From contig JAAILG010000029.1 of NCBI GenBank assembly GCA_012026655.1, positions 1 through 64,000 of the forward strand: a DNA stretch of 64,000 nt. The letters are read 5' to 3'. This DNA is from Hydrolagus affinis (Eukaryota). This document shows positions 11,621-25,127 of the stretch, in pieces. The position numbers and the translations under genes were made by a program. The stretch's first letter is position 1, and each line of letters opens with the position of its first letter. The notes under the pieces are model-generated. The model did no database searches, was not told where the DNA came from, and saw only the letters and a program-made list of their open reading frames with translations.

Positions 11621-13894
11621 ATCTCTTGAGATTTGGTGCGCGGAAAATGCTCTTGCAATTTGGAGTTTGGTTCTGACTGTCCCCATTTTTTGGAAGAAAG
11701 CCAAAGTTTCAGTTAACTTGATGAATGTTAAGAATGCATGACCCTCATATAATTGTTAATCTGCAAATTCAGTTAAAAACAAACTGATATTTGGAGCAGT
11801 GATCAGCAAAATTAGTAGAGAGGGTTATTATTGTAATTAGTTGCTTATCTTTGGTTACTGTGTATGTGTTTTAATAGAGCAGCTCTCCTTGTGTATATGG
11901 GAACCTTATTAAGTGCTGCAGGGTCTGTGCACCTATTCAATATTTCAATGAACTGCTTTATGTTTGCCTAATTTAAATGACAACTGCCTGTTTGCCATTT
12001 GTTCTTAGCTGTTGTGCAAGCTAAAGGGTCAATACCTACATGGGGCGAGGAAGGTGTAAATAACACTGACAAACTGTGTCAACGTGATTATTTTTGTATT
12101 AGATGGTAAAAACTAGATTGCTCTCTGCTCAAAACTGCTTCACCTCTTCCTGTGTGGTTGTGTTACATAGTAGCATACACCTTATTCAATATCTTCTCAG
12201 CAGTAAGCAAATAGGAAATGGATAAAGTATAAGAAAATTGATAAAATATAAGCAAATTGATCAAATATGAGAAAATATAAGAAGTGGGAGCTTTTGTGTG
12301 TTTCAGTGTTTGTAGCTGATATTCGCTTACTTTTTGCACCTTTACTCTTTAATCCTTTCACTTTCTATATAGCTGATCTCAGCATATTATCTCACCAAAT
12401 CTTGCGTCTTATCAACCTCACGAAACCTTTCTAGCTAAGCAGCCCTCTGGGGATAGTGCTCTGAAGCAGACAAAACAGAAACCATTCGTACATGGAGCTG
12501 TTGTTAGTTTGGTTTGGAGGCACTTAAGCGTGATGATAGTGTCAGATACCCATCTGACCAAAGACATATTCAGTGTTCGCAACTCAGTTATATTTGCAAA
12601 CCTAGGTTTGTTTCAGTGGTGATGATCAACTATGTGCACAGGATGTCTTTTGGTGATTTGTCTTCAGGCAGATTTTCATGTAGTACTAGCAGTTTAAATG
12701 TGCTGTGAGTGAGAAACAGGCCTAGACACAGTGCATTTAGAATGATGCAAACTTTGGGTTAATCCATTTTTACTAAAAAAAAAGGTTAATTACATGATTA
12801 CAATTAAATTTATCAGTCTAGGACCCATAGACCTATCGGTCATTTTCTGAATATGGTTTTGCCCCATGCAGTGAGGGATGTATGAAGATGGTTTACTGTA
12901 TGAATCCTATATGGGAATTGTTTTTGACTAACAATACTTTGACAGAATGAGTTTACAAATTCCTAGCCAGGTTGGGTTAAATGTTTCCGTCCATGGTTGG
13001 TTTCTCATCTTACAGATTCTGGTATTGACAAATGTAATTAATTGGGAGCCAATTAACCACTCACATATTTTGTTGGACTGGCAGCATTTGTGATTGGATG
13101 TAATATGTCACCTCCAGCTTTATCTGTCAGAGACTTCCTTAGGATCTATTCACCGCAGACTTGCTGCTGACTGTTAGCATCAAATCTTATTTGGGAGGAA
13201 GAGATTATCTCAATGTGTTGGAAATGAAACCTCTGTGGTAATAACCATGGAGAAAGTGTTGTTGTGTCTTTATTACGGTGCCTCTAGTTTCAAACCTCGA
13301 ACATATGTGGGTGGGCGGTGGAGGGGGGCTGGAGATCTGCAAGATCCATTTCAGACCAGAACAGTGGGCCTGATGTGATGTTACTGGCTGTGTACTACAG
13401 AAACTTTAAACCAGTGTCACTAATGGGAGAATAATTAGCCATTGCTCATTCATTAAGAATAGGTTGGTTCATCCCGGGACCCCTTATTGTAATGTAGTAG
13501 TATAGTGCATGTCAACATGACCTAATCTATACAGGAACAGTGAATAAGAATGTTACAAACGAGAGCTGTAGCATTTCGAAGGCAGGTATCACAAGATTTC
13601 CTCTTAATCTCCTCCTTTCTGCTTTTTTTTAAGAATAAAATTTTTCATCTATTCTCTCATCCCTGGTATCATCCTAGTGAATCCATGCTGCACCTTATTC
13701 ATGGCTCTGCTGTCTTTCTGCAAAATGAACTGTCCAAAACTGCAAGCTGTACTCCACCCATGTTCCACTCCAGGAATTCGTACCAGTCTATGTGTACACA
13801 AACACCAAACATGCTGTCTTTGAGGAGACCTTAGAGGGTTCTACAAGATTTTATATGGAACTGAGGAAGCAAACTCAAAGCAACATTTTCAGAC

Positions 13895-14050
13895 ATGCCA
13901 AGGCAAGAGAACAAGGGGACGTGTTTCAGTGTTTCAAAGTGCAATTTCAGAACAGACACCAAGAAGTGTTTCTTTACACAGAGGATAATTAATAATTGGT
14001 CGGGTGGTTGAAGTCAAAGTCAAAGTCCAGAACATTGGTCTCATTTAAAA
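13895..14050 (+). mobile_element. CR1 LINE fragment
   Basis: agaacaaggggac...caccaagaagtgttctctttacacagagg resembles the CR1 ORF2 end (RTRGH...FFTQR). Confidence 0.55.
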
Positions 14051-15254
14051 AATATTCTTGGCGGATGTTCTTCGTCTGAAACTCTCTTGTGAACTTTTAG
14101 TTCAGAAACAACAGCTAATTAGAAGAGGTTTTGTGGTTAGGGCACTCACTTAATTCAATGAAAGTCACACTGTTCATTTTGTTTCTCAACATATTTATGG
14201 TCGTTTGACAAAGCATTTTTCTACTTTTATTTTTAGGTAAACGGTATGTGAATTTTACTTTTGCAGGTGTGGAAAGAGTTTGCTGTTAGCCTTTTTTTGT
14301 GCTTTTTCATATAAAAGCACCCAGCATGATCTTGATGCCTGAAGAGCAAATGGGTTACGGTTGTAAAAAAAAAATGTTGTTGAGTTTGCGTTTTATTTTT
14401 CCAGCTATTTCATAGGAGCGCAGTGTGGTTGATGGGTACTGAGCTGCCGAGATGTTTGGGGTTTCCCACACTCTTGTGCACTGAGCCCTGCGGTGACATA
14501 TTTTGATGTTATCAGATGCGCTTCAAGTTGCCTGCATTTTTCACTTGAATGTGAAATGTATGAAAGTCACTGCTATTTGCTACTGTAACAGGCAAGCTGT
14601 TATGCACAAGTTCTGATGAGACACCAAAACCGTTGCAACATTTATTTTCGGTGCTTTTATGAATCCAAAGTAACCATTCAAACAGCAGATTATTAGGACG
14701 TTAAACTAGATGTGAGAGATAACCAAGCTGGAACTTGAAAGGTCATATGTTATTGGAGTCTAATTTTGTTTGTGTCCAATTCGGTAATACTAGTTGCATT
14801 GAAAATGACATGGTACTACCCGAATGTTTGAGTAGTGGATGATATAACAACAATTTTGTATCTCAATAACTGATTAAATAGCTAGATTGTATTTCAAGTT
14901 ACGAACTAACACAATAGGCGCTTTAAGAGGCTGTTTATACCTTCAGTGTTCACAGATCGGAAAATGGTACAGTATTGAAACTATGCTGGTTTGATACTGT
15001 CAACACATGTATACATATCACTTAATTTGTTGGTCTTTCCATGCTGAAGAAATTTTACACCACTATTTATTATTTCAATACGGACAGCAATCATCAATGA
15101 TAATGTTATTGATCTCCCAGGCTCCTCACCATTAAGATATTTTAAATGCTACTGATGTTTGACCCAGTCTTCCTGTTGCTATACAGTGTGGCTGGCTACA
15201 GTGTGTTTGTGATAGTTAGATTTTTCTCTGTATGTGTGTGTGTGACTGACTGTT

Positions 15255-15313
15255 CAGTGACTTGGGACGTCCTCCCGACATGAAAGGCGCTCTATAAATG
15301 TAATTTTGTTGTA
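15255..15313 (+). mobile_element. L2 family A 3' tail only
   Basis: ttgggacgtcctcccgacatgaaaggcgctctataaatgtaattttgttg. Confidence 0.85.
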
Positions 15314-17890
15314 TGTGTTGTAAGCATGTCCAGATTTTGTATGTTTATGTATGTGAGCATATCTAAACTATGTATTTGTGTATATTAGTATGCCTGGACT
15401 CTCTCTATATATATATATATGTATGTAGGTAAGTTGTGTGTGTCTTAGCGAGTTTAGATGCTATACATGTTGGAGGGCTTGAGGTACATGGGTAGAGAAC
15501 CAATGTTGAATTATTTCTGGACAACTTGCAGACAATGATTCTGCAAAAGATGGATTCAGCGGTGGGTTCTACAACAGGAACATATCCTGTACATAGCTGC
15601 GTACGACAGGTATTGATATCAGCACAGCAGTTATAAAGATCCAGGCAGGTCCTATATGATTTTTGGCTGTGGATGCATTTTAGTAACCATGAGAAAACAA
15701 TTGATCAGAATGGTAACTGACCTTTTTCGCAGGTGCAGTTTAGAGGTGGTTGCCCTTCACCTTGTTACTGTATTCTCTGCCAAATGACTGGAACTGCATA
15801 CCTGTACATCTACTTTATTACTCATGTGAAAGCAAAATCTTGTTAACCACTTCCATCCTTGAAAGCACTAGACGCAATACAGCTAGTTTCAGGTTAGTTT
15901 CACTCATCATTCAGATGCAACCAAGCTGTACTGGATTAATTGGGGCATTCTGACTTCAGTGGGGAATTTTTCTCCAGACTCAAGTTTCCGAAACATCATC
16001 CTTTGAAAATATAAGATTTTTAACCAGCAATGAACATGTGTACAGTATTGAAGTCAGTGCAATTTATCTGTGTACATACAATTTTGCATGTTTCAAATAC
16101 TGTACTATAGTTACTACACGTCCACAGTAAATCCTCCAACAGGCTTTGAGACGTCCTCCTGATATCAAGTACAAGGATTTTATTTCATTTTAACAAGGTT
16201 GTTCATAAATTAATTTAACCATTTTGGTAGCTAGTGACCCAATAATCTGAAGAATCATCCAGCCTCGCCTGGCATTCCATCCACTTCAAAGGAATTATAA
16301 AATGGGTAAAAATTCCTTTCATCTTGGATGGCCTTTGGCAATGTCGACCACAAGGGGGATTTCCCATTCTAGCCGACATCACCTTGTGCATTACCATGAA
16401 CAGATTTATTTTATCCCTGATTCTTACATCTTATCTTTACAGTTAAAGTTATCTTTATATAGACTTTTGCACTTCCGTTGCTGTTGCCTGTAACAGGGCT
16501 CACGCTATCATTTCTCTAAGCTTCCCACTAGAATTTGCAATGTACTATAAATGATGTAAACTTGGTGATTTGTATCAGGAAATGACAATTCAGGTGCCAG
16601 GCAGGGGATTTTTTTTTAAGAGTATGAAACGCTTAGGTTTTTATTGATCAGTTAACCACTGAAAATCTGGTGGTTACTGCAGCCCTGAGAGATGCTTGGA
16701 ACATCATTGGTTTAAATACCTCATGGTTTATTGGACGCATGAATTGTACAAACCGAAACTTCCCACAACCAAACGTGTTGTCATTGTTCTCGCGTCAATT
16801 CCTGCAAAGAAGGTTACGATCGAAAACTCGGAAACATGTCTATGGTTAAAAACAATGCTGTAAAATCCACTCTCCAATCTAGATCTTAAATAGGCTGTTA
16901 CCGGTGACAGTGTGAGCAGTGGGATATGTCACATTTAATGCTGTGAGAGTTGTTCTGAGGCTTGTAGTATATCGATGGTGCACGCACCTCTGATGTGCTT
17001 TTGACAAGTGACCTCCCTGACCCCGGGGCCTTGACACTGCCACTTGGTTTGCAGTCTACATTGATACGTATACCTGCAGGCAATGCGCACTTCGCAATCG
17101 AATAAAATCCATCTGGCTTACTCTCGCATGCATTTTATTTGTTTTTGAATCATCTCAGCGCATCTTAAAGCTCTAACATTATGTAAATTAAACCAACTGT
17201 AAATGGCTTGATGTTGCATAATGTTGCCCTTATTAAAGTTAATGTGCTATGAAATGATCATTCCAGCAAGTGCAGATAATGATCTGAATATAATTAAATT
17301 GGAGGAGTGAGAAGAAAGAGCTGAGTATTATGATCTCATGAGATGAGTGTTATGATCTCTGTAACTGTGCCTGTCTTTCTTTCTCTATCGCTGAGTGTCT
17401 TTACTCTTTGTGAAGTGCTCTGAGACTCTGAGACTCAATGTTATATGCACTCTTCGAAGTACTATATAAGGATTATTATCTGTTTGTCTCCTCTTTCTCT
17501 CTCTCTATGTATTCTATGCCTTTCTAGATTACTTTTGCCTCCCTGTACCTTATTATTTGTCTTGCTGGATACTCTGTTTCTGTTGCGTTTCTCTGTATCA
17601 TTGAGTCTCTGTCTCCATCGCTCAGCGATTCTGGGGTAAAGTTTATGTTTCACAATTCACACAAGAATGTGTGTGTGAAATGCTGCAAACCTCACCCCTG
17701 TGTCTCTCACTGTTGCTCTTGTTCATTATGTTTCTCTCGCTGCATTTTTATTCCATTTGACTGTGTCCTTTTTCATATATATCCAGTTTTGGTGTGTATG
17801 CCTGATTCTGTATGTTCATCAGCAACATAGATGATGTACATTCATTAAATTATCGACATTTTGTTACGGTACAACCCATGCATTGCAGGT

Positions 17891-17949
17891 GTCATCGTGG
17901 CTCAGTGAGTAGTAGGCTTGCCTCTGTTCAGTAGGTTGCAGGTTCAAGT
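17891..17949 (+). mobile_element. tRNA-derived SINE head (Deu-SINE type), abutting an L2
   Basis: A box gtggctcagtgag, then cttgcctctg, then B box ggttcaagt. Confidence 0.6.
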
Positions 17950-18650
17950 AAGCATGGTTGAGGAGGAAATTTTTCAGGTGTGAGTTGAAAAAGGGGAAAG
18001 AGGGGGCAAGGTGGAGGAATTGAGGGAGAGTGTTCCAAAGTTTTGGGGACATAGTAGCTGAATGGGCAACCTCCAATGGTGGGACGGAGGGTGTGAGGGA
18101 CGAGCAGGATGCCGGTACCAGTCGAGCAAAGGTGCCGGGTGGTGGATTGGGGAGTGAGAAGGTGCCAGAGAGTGAAGGGATTTGAACACGAGTGTGAGGA
18201 TCTTGAAGTCGATCCATTCACTGATGGGGAGCAAGTGTAGCCTGGCCAGAACTGGTGAGATGAGGGTACGGAGTTTGATCTGGGTAAGTATGTGGGCAGA
18301 ATTCTGCATGAGCTGGATCTTTTGAATAGTGGAGCAGGGAGAGGAGTGCATTTGAGTAATCCAGGCGGGAGGTGAGAAAAATATTCACGCGAGTTTTGGG
18401 GTAAGGTACATTCGGAGGCAGGCAATGTGGCAGAAGTAGAAGAAGGCCGTTCTGTTTAGGGACTTGATGAGGTGGAAGAAGGACAGCTGGGGGTCGAACC
18501 GGACCTAGATTACACACTGGTTTGGTGAGGGGGAGCACAGGGAGGTTGAGGTGTTCAGATCCAAGGCAGTGAAGATGTTGACAGGAGCCAAGGAATATGG
18601 CTTACGTCTTGTCCACAAACTGCAAGAAGTTTACACTCATCCAGGCCCCG
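17950..18650 (-). mobile_element. L2 LINE fragment (ORF2 C-terminal, frameshifted)
   Basis: Minus-strand ORFs: TSRLDYSNALL; IQKIQLMQNSAHILT...ISPVLARLHLLPISEWIDFKILTLVFKSLH; KLWNTLPQ. Confidence 0.92.
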
Positions 18651-19494
18651 ATTCAGCCATTGTCTTTGGCAATGTGTGACTACAAATGGTAACCAACACT
18701 ACCAAAGACAATAGCGTGTGATGCTGCAAGGAATTTTTACTCCCAACATTCAAGGTAGCCAGGCCTTGCCAAAAACTCCAAAACTCCAATAACATTGCAT
18801 ATGTACTCTATTACAGCCAAAGTTTATAAGTAATGCCCCCTTTCAAGCAATAATTTTTTCCTTAAATTGAATACAGACCCTCTAAACTAGACTTTCTAAT
18901 AAAACATTGGCTTGTTTTGGAAATAATGTGGAAAATTGTTTTCATGAGATTAAAGATACCTGAAGAGAAACAGACAAACTGTATTGATACCATGTGTCAC
19001 ATTTTCTCTTCAAGTGGATGTTCCATTTGAACTGCTTTGTGTGAAGGACTTGGTTACTCACTACAGAGAAGCATGAATTGTTTTGTGTGAAATAATGATC
19101 ACTCGACAAACTAAAGCCCTGAGGAATCCAATGGTTTTCAGGAAATTTAATGGTACACAAACTGGGTACTCAAATTACAGCCTTTTCAGTAAGTACTGTA
19201 TAATATTTGGGCAAAATGGGGAATCCATTTTCAAATAGTTTGTTATCTCAATACAATATAGCAAAACAAATGGATATGTGCAGAGTATTTTAGACTACGG
19301 GAACATGGATTCAATATGGTGGACTGATCTGACCAGGTTAGGAAACATTACCTTGCATATTTGAACAACACAGTACAGTATTTAGATGCAGATGGCAATA
19401 CTGTGATAATAATCCTTCCATTTGATTTGGCACTCTATTTGTTTGAAGATTCTTGAAGCACGTCATGTTGTAAAATGCAATGACTGTGTATTTC

Positions 19495-19690
19495 AAGACA
19501 GGAACCAGGAAATGTTTCTTTATGCAGTGACTGGAAGAGGTTGCCAGGATGCATGGTAGAAGTCAGGACACTGGACTTATTTAAATAGCAGCTTGATTCA
19601 GTGATGAGGGGACGAGAGGGTGGGTGAGCTGGAGGGATGAGAACAGATGGGCCAAAGGGCCTTCTTCATTCAGATCAGATCGTATGATTA
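19495..19690 (+). mobile_element. CR1 LINE 3' fragment
   Basis: caggaaatgtttctttatgcag...gatgaacagatgggccaaagggccttcttcat-like CR1 terminus. Confidence 0.65.
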
Positions 19691-20161
19691 GACCACAAAT
19701 GAAGCAGCCAATTAGTACATTTTTTGTGAAATGTTCCCCTATAGACAAGGCACTCAACCTGTCATGCTCTTTGAATGCCCAAAAGTGGTTTTCATTAAGT
19801 CCTTTCCAACCGTTATGAATTCAGTCCTTCGGGAAATGTAGCAGTATCATTGGATCATTCTTCCACATTCTCTGCACTTTCCACACACGGATACTCTCGG
19901 ACTGCCCTAGTTTCAGCAACTTCTTTAAAATGATTTTGTCAATGTACCTGCTTCTCATGACTCCCCCATCACGCGCTCAGTATATAAGACACAGCTCGCT
20001 GATGTCTCGCGACTTTGTCTCCTCTCCATCTCCCTCTCCCCTGCCATGTAAATTGGGATTTTTGTTGCTTGGAACACATAATTCCAAAACAGATGTGCCG
20101 CAACACATTACAGTCATTTCATACACTGCATGAAATAAGTAATTCACAACCATTGTGCCTT

Positions 20162-20260
20162 GGAGACCGGTGCTTTACTTCACTTGACCTCAAGGATGCC
20201 CATTATTACATAGGCTGCGACATTGTAAGTATCAGAGGATCTACTTTTAGGGTCTTAGCG
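20162..20260 (+). mobile_element. Reverse-transcriptase relic, DIRS-like
   Basis: Translates as GDRCFTSLDLKDAHYYIG...GSTFRVL, similar to the DIRS RT motifs GDWxxSxDLKDAYFHI and YQFxVLPFG. Confidence 0.5.
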
Positions 20261-20454
20261 ACCACTTCATAGTTGACTTCTTCAGACTCACCTCTCTCTC
20301 CCTGGGTATGAAATGCCTTTCTGCTAACACGGATTGAGTGAGACTCAGGAGGCGCTGTTTCATGCACTCAAATTATCCTTGCAAACCACAAATCCAAGGG
20401 GGAAGAACTCGGGGCTTTCCAGTCCGGTTTGGAAACTACATTGCCTAGAATTAA

Positions 20455-20700
20455 CTAGAAATGCATGGAGCACTGCAGCATGAAAACAGGTAATTTGGCC
20501 CAACTAGCCCTTGCCAGCGTTTATCCTCCATATGAGCTTCCATCTATCCTAATCCCTTTGTGTATACTGTACTTCTCTATTCCCGTAAATGTATCCAGCT
20601 TCCTCTTAAATACTTGTAGTGGTTGCTATTTGCTTCATCCACAGCTTCTGCCACTAGTTCCACATTCTCACCATCCTCTACATAAACTCCCTTTTAGATC
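20455..20700 (-). mobile_element. CR1 LINE 3' fragment
   Basis: cagcatgaaaacaggtaatttggcccaac...tatccagcttcctcttaaa...gttccacattctcaccatcct. Confidence 0.65.
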
Positions 20701-21619
20701 TGCTACTGGCTGGTTTACAAAATTTAGAAGTTGGGATGACATTCCTTAAATGAACAATTGAAATGTGCGTTCATTGCATCAAGTTTGAAAAGAACTGTGA
20801 CGTGTTGAAATATCATCTAAGTGGGGGAAAAAATCAATGTTTTTCTCAAACTTATCTGATTAACTTATCTGACTAAAAAGTGCAGATCAGTGTTTGTACT
20901 AAAATTAAAGATGGGGTGAGTGGTGGGGAGGTAATCTGGGATGAGGTAAAGTCCTTTGTACTGTGTAAATCTTAATATGACAATCGCAGAATTTCTTTGT
21001 GTTGTCCGAGTCTCTCTCTAAGTTGCTCCTGTGTCTCGTAGCCAGGTGCCTGCATACCCCCTTAGAGCTTTCTCACTGCTGGAACATAGCAGACTGTTTC
21101 AGATCAGCTCCATTTAATTCTTAGAACTGCACATCACAGCATTCATGCCGTTTGGTCTATTAGAAAACGTGCTGAGCAGTGGATAGTATCTGATCAGTGG
21201 AACGAATGCTCTTGGGCAGCCTTGAAGCTGCAGGTCATGCTGTGCTGCTCAGTGTGTGTTTACCAGCAGCACTGACTGACATATCGCTTGATGTTTCCAA
21301 GTCAGCTAACAAACTGCACGTAATTCTTGGAGCTGGCTGTTCTGTCGATAAGCACTTAAAAACCTACTTAGCCTAAACACAGTGCTTTAGTCTTTGCTGT
21401 TGAGCAGGGGTCCTGTGGAGGGACAGGAATAAACACCTGTTAAAAATGACAAGAAATATAACATATAAGTAAAAATTGCTGCTTTTCATGCCTTACCTCA
21501 ATTTTAAATTATGTATTTTATTCACAGTAATTAGCAAGTTGTGGGCCAGGCCTAAATATTGATGATGAGATGAAGCGATTTGACTTGGTTAGTGTACAAA
21601 GACGCAGCTACACAGTAAG

Positions 21620-21760
21620 AAATTGACAAGACTCAAGTGAGATTAGAGGGGAAGAGAAAGGATTTTCCTCACATAATAGTTGTTGAGTGGAACAGAATCC
21701 CAACAAGACCAGCAAACACTGTGTTGATTAACTCTTCAGTAAAACAAAAATAACTGGTTA
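21620..21760 (+). mobile_element. CR1 LINE fragment, degraded
   Basis: gagaaaggattttcctcacataatagttgttgagtggaacag resembles the CR1 FFxxRVVxxWN motif region. Confidence 0.45.
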
Positions 21761-23079
21761 CTAAGGCGATCGAAGGCGACAGAAAGGCATGCGAACCAGA
21801 CCAGTGATCAAGTACTGGACATCGTCAACTGCCAATCTTCTGTTGGAGCTGCTGCAAATGCAATAATGAAACTAGCTGGGTTTGAATAATGCAGGCAGTG
21901 GATTAACATAGAGTGGGCTCAGTGCTGGGTAGTATCAGCTTGGCTTGGCACTTTGCTTACACTGCAGGGTGGCGCTGTCTGGTTTAGGAGAGAATCCAGT
22001 GTGTGCTAGAGCCTTCCTCATGGCCTCTTCTGCTATTTCTTTCCCCATGTGTTCTCCAGGGGAGAGAAACTGGAGCGAGTGACATTATTCTGGACATTGA
22101 TCAATCTTTGACAAACCCACGCATGCAACTTGCCCCCTTGTTAATGTCTCCTTCAAGAACTATTTACATAGTTCTTTTATTAAATAAATCATGATTTAAA
22201 AACTCCACCCCCTCTTTAACACAGCCGATTACTAATAGCTGAACTTCTATTTGTTATCGCTGTACTCTGTTCTTTTCTTTGTCCTGCCTCTGTTGTCAGT
22301 TTACATGGGAAATGTATGAACATATTTCTTGATGAAACACTTTTCGTAACACCAGATCACTTCTTATTTTATCTCTTTTTTTTGTCCCATCCTTTTCAAC
22401 CTTGGTGCTGTAAGATACTATGGACTGATCCATCCACCTCGATCTCTCAATAGAAAATGCTGGTAGATATGCAGTGTTCTTACGGTTGCTGTGGTTTTAA
22501 ATATCTCTTATAGTACAGCACTTAATTTTTGTGCCTAGACTGGTAATACTAGACTAGACTGTCTCATTCCATCTTCAAAACCTTTTGCGATTAGATTTGG
22601 AATATCATACAATAAATGTTTATTCCCATCCCCTGATTACTGTCATACAATGTCATACTGTCATTCTCTGTGTTTCCTTTTTAAAACAAACAACAATTAG
22701 CCCCATACTTATTCACAACTTTTAAAACCAATGTTATTTATGTGTGAGGCAAACAGAGTTGTGTGTTAATTCTCAATCTGTGTTTCACTTCCCTGGGCCA
22801 TCTCTATCAATATAGTCACTGATTTTCAAAGTTGTTCATAATAGTGGTGTGTTGCTTGGCTGTAACAATATTGAAATGCTGCGGGATTTTCTTTTTGAGG
22901 TAACTTATTTCTGTTCAATATACTCATAGTTTCCCCACTAATTCCCCAAATACTGTCTCTCTTCACACCCTTAACCTTCAGCCTTGTGAGCAAGCACGGC
23001 GATAACGGAGCTTTTTCCCCTGTTGTTTCAGCAGTAGTGTTATATTTGGTTAGAGAAATGGCTTGCGGCTTCACCTTCA

Positions 23080-23177
23080 AAATACACAGTCACCGCACTG
23101 CACAGCAAATCTTGTGAAGCGCTTTGAGACATCTTCCTGACGTGAAAGGCGCCATGCCAAATGCAAGGATTACTATT
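23080..23177 (+). mobile_element. SINE 3' tail, variant with an L2-A-like loop
   Basis: gtgaagcgctttgagacatcttcctgacgtgaaaggcgccatgccaaatgcaaggatta. Confidence 0.8.
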
Positions 23178-23271
23178 TCCATCCATGCGGTGGCAGATGT
23201 ATCTTTTCCACTATTGATAGTTGTCAGAAAACAGCTTTACTGGAAACTGATGAAACTGCTGACTTAGATGG

Positions 23272-23322
23272 ATAACAAAAAAAAATTACATTTATAGAGC
23301 GTCTTTCACGTCGGGAGGACGA
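23272..23322 (-). mobile_element. L2 family A 3' tail only
   Basis: aattacatttatagagcgtctttcacgtcgggaggacg. Confidence 0.8.
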
Positions 23323-24152
23323 TGGAAGGCAGTTTGGAGTGCTCCTCATTTGAGTGCTCAGACATTCAGCACTTCACCCCTCAGATACTTGATGTTGTTT
23401 ATATACAGTTACTCTTGGCGAAAGGGTGTTGGATCTTGTGGTTTCATTCCTTTTTAAAATTGCTTGTCTGATCTTTCCAATGTAGCAAAAAGATGTACAC
23501 TTCACCATGCCTTCTCTGTTGTCTTGCTTTGCTGAATAGTTTTCTAAATTAAAAATTCCCAAAGCTCGACTCTGTAAGTATTCTTTACAATTGCTTGACA
23601 TGGTAAATGGGGTTTTGAATTTGAAGTGATTGTATCTCTTAATTTCTTTTGGAAATTCTCTAATCTCTGATCTTATTAATCTTGAAATAACGTTTTCTTT
23701 CGTGCCAAAGGCTACAGATATTATTTTTGTAGATGGTGCATTTTCCTCGCTCCCCACAGAAATGGATTAATTGGATTTTGCGGCTGCCACTAACCCTCTG
23801 AAATTGTAATGAGACACTGATGTGTCTGAAATATGTATAACTCGTTGGAGGTTTGCCTGTTAGGCTAACTTACCGCAGCTTTCAGTAAGTGCACACAGGT
23901 CGTGAGGTCACACACTAAGTTCATATGCATTTGTACAACACTTGCTCTGAAAACTAAGTGCAGCTAGAGAACTTTGAAATGGTGGTTTAGCCTTTTGCTC
24001 GAGATTTAATTATTTTTTAAAAGAGAGGTGAATACGTGCAATAGACGACACAGGGAGGCATATTCTGAAGGAAATTAGATGGAGAATTAATTTGAGAAGT
24101 ATTACAACAACCTGCAGTTGTGCCTTTCATGAGTACTTACGAGTCCTTAATT

Positions 24153-24183
<31 letters not shown>

Positions 24184-24190
24184 CAGACAG

Positions 24191-24223
<33 letters not shown>
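24153..24223. repeat. Compound microsatellite (AGAA)n(AGAC)n(AC)n(AG)n
   Basis: Seen directly. Confidence 0.95.
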
Positions 24224-24224
<1 letters not shown>

Positions 24225-25127
24225 GTGTGGTAGGTTTTTCTTTATTCAACTGGCCAGACTGACTTCTAGTGTTTCCCAATCCTGTATGTTACACCCGACA
24301 GACTAGTTGTGTGTGTATAACTATGTACCTATGTCCTCCCCAAGAAACAAAGGAGCAGTTCCTTACCTTTTCTTATTACTGTATTTTGTTTATTCATGAC
24401 ATTTGTTATTCATGGCAAAATTATATTGTTTGGGAGTTCAATATTTCATTCGATTTTCTACACATGCACACAAGTAACTGTTTTGAGTTCCCCATGCTTG
24501 AAGTGATTTCTGCATGAAACAGTGAAAGCCATAGATTTAAGTCAGGGCGCCTGGAGAAGTATAAGGAGGGTTCCTGAGTATGCTCGATATGAGATGCAGA
24601 TTGGCGAGAGCCATATGCACTCGACTACTGTACATGGTTTCCAGCCAGGTACATCTCACCAGGGAGAGAGGCACTGCATTTCAGTCAAGTTTCCATGTGT
24701 AGGTGTTGGGTAGAATGTGTGAAACTGTCTGGTTTGGAAATATTCAATAAGGTACTTAGGTTTCCATATACATCAGACACCAGCTGAGCCACCCAAAAAA
24801 ACCTTCCAAGGAGGGGTGGGTTGAGGGTTAGTTCCTTGGCTAAGAGACAACTGCATTCTCACTGCTGCAGTTACCAAAGACAAACTAAATCTAGCCTTGG
24901 CTGACGTGAAAGTCTTATTGCTCACAATGTCGAGAGGTTAACTACTTGACCCGAGCTTTGGTCATCATCTTTCACAGAGCGAAGGAGTTCACCCTCAACT
25001 CGCGCCCACACAAGTGATACTACAGGCTATATTACCTGTTTCTGAAACAGTCCACCTTGTACATGCTATCAAGCTCCCATTCATAGACATGCTTGTGAGA
25101 GAAATCTGTGAAGGTGAAAGTCCTGGT

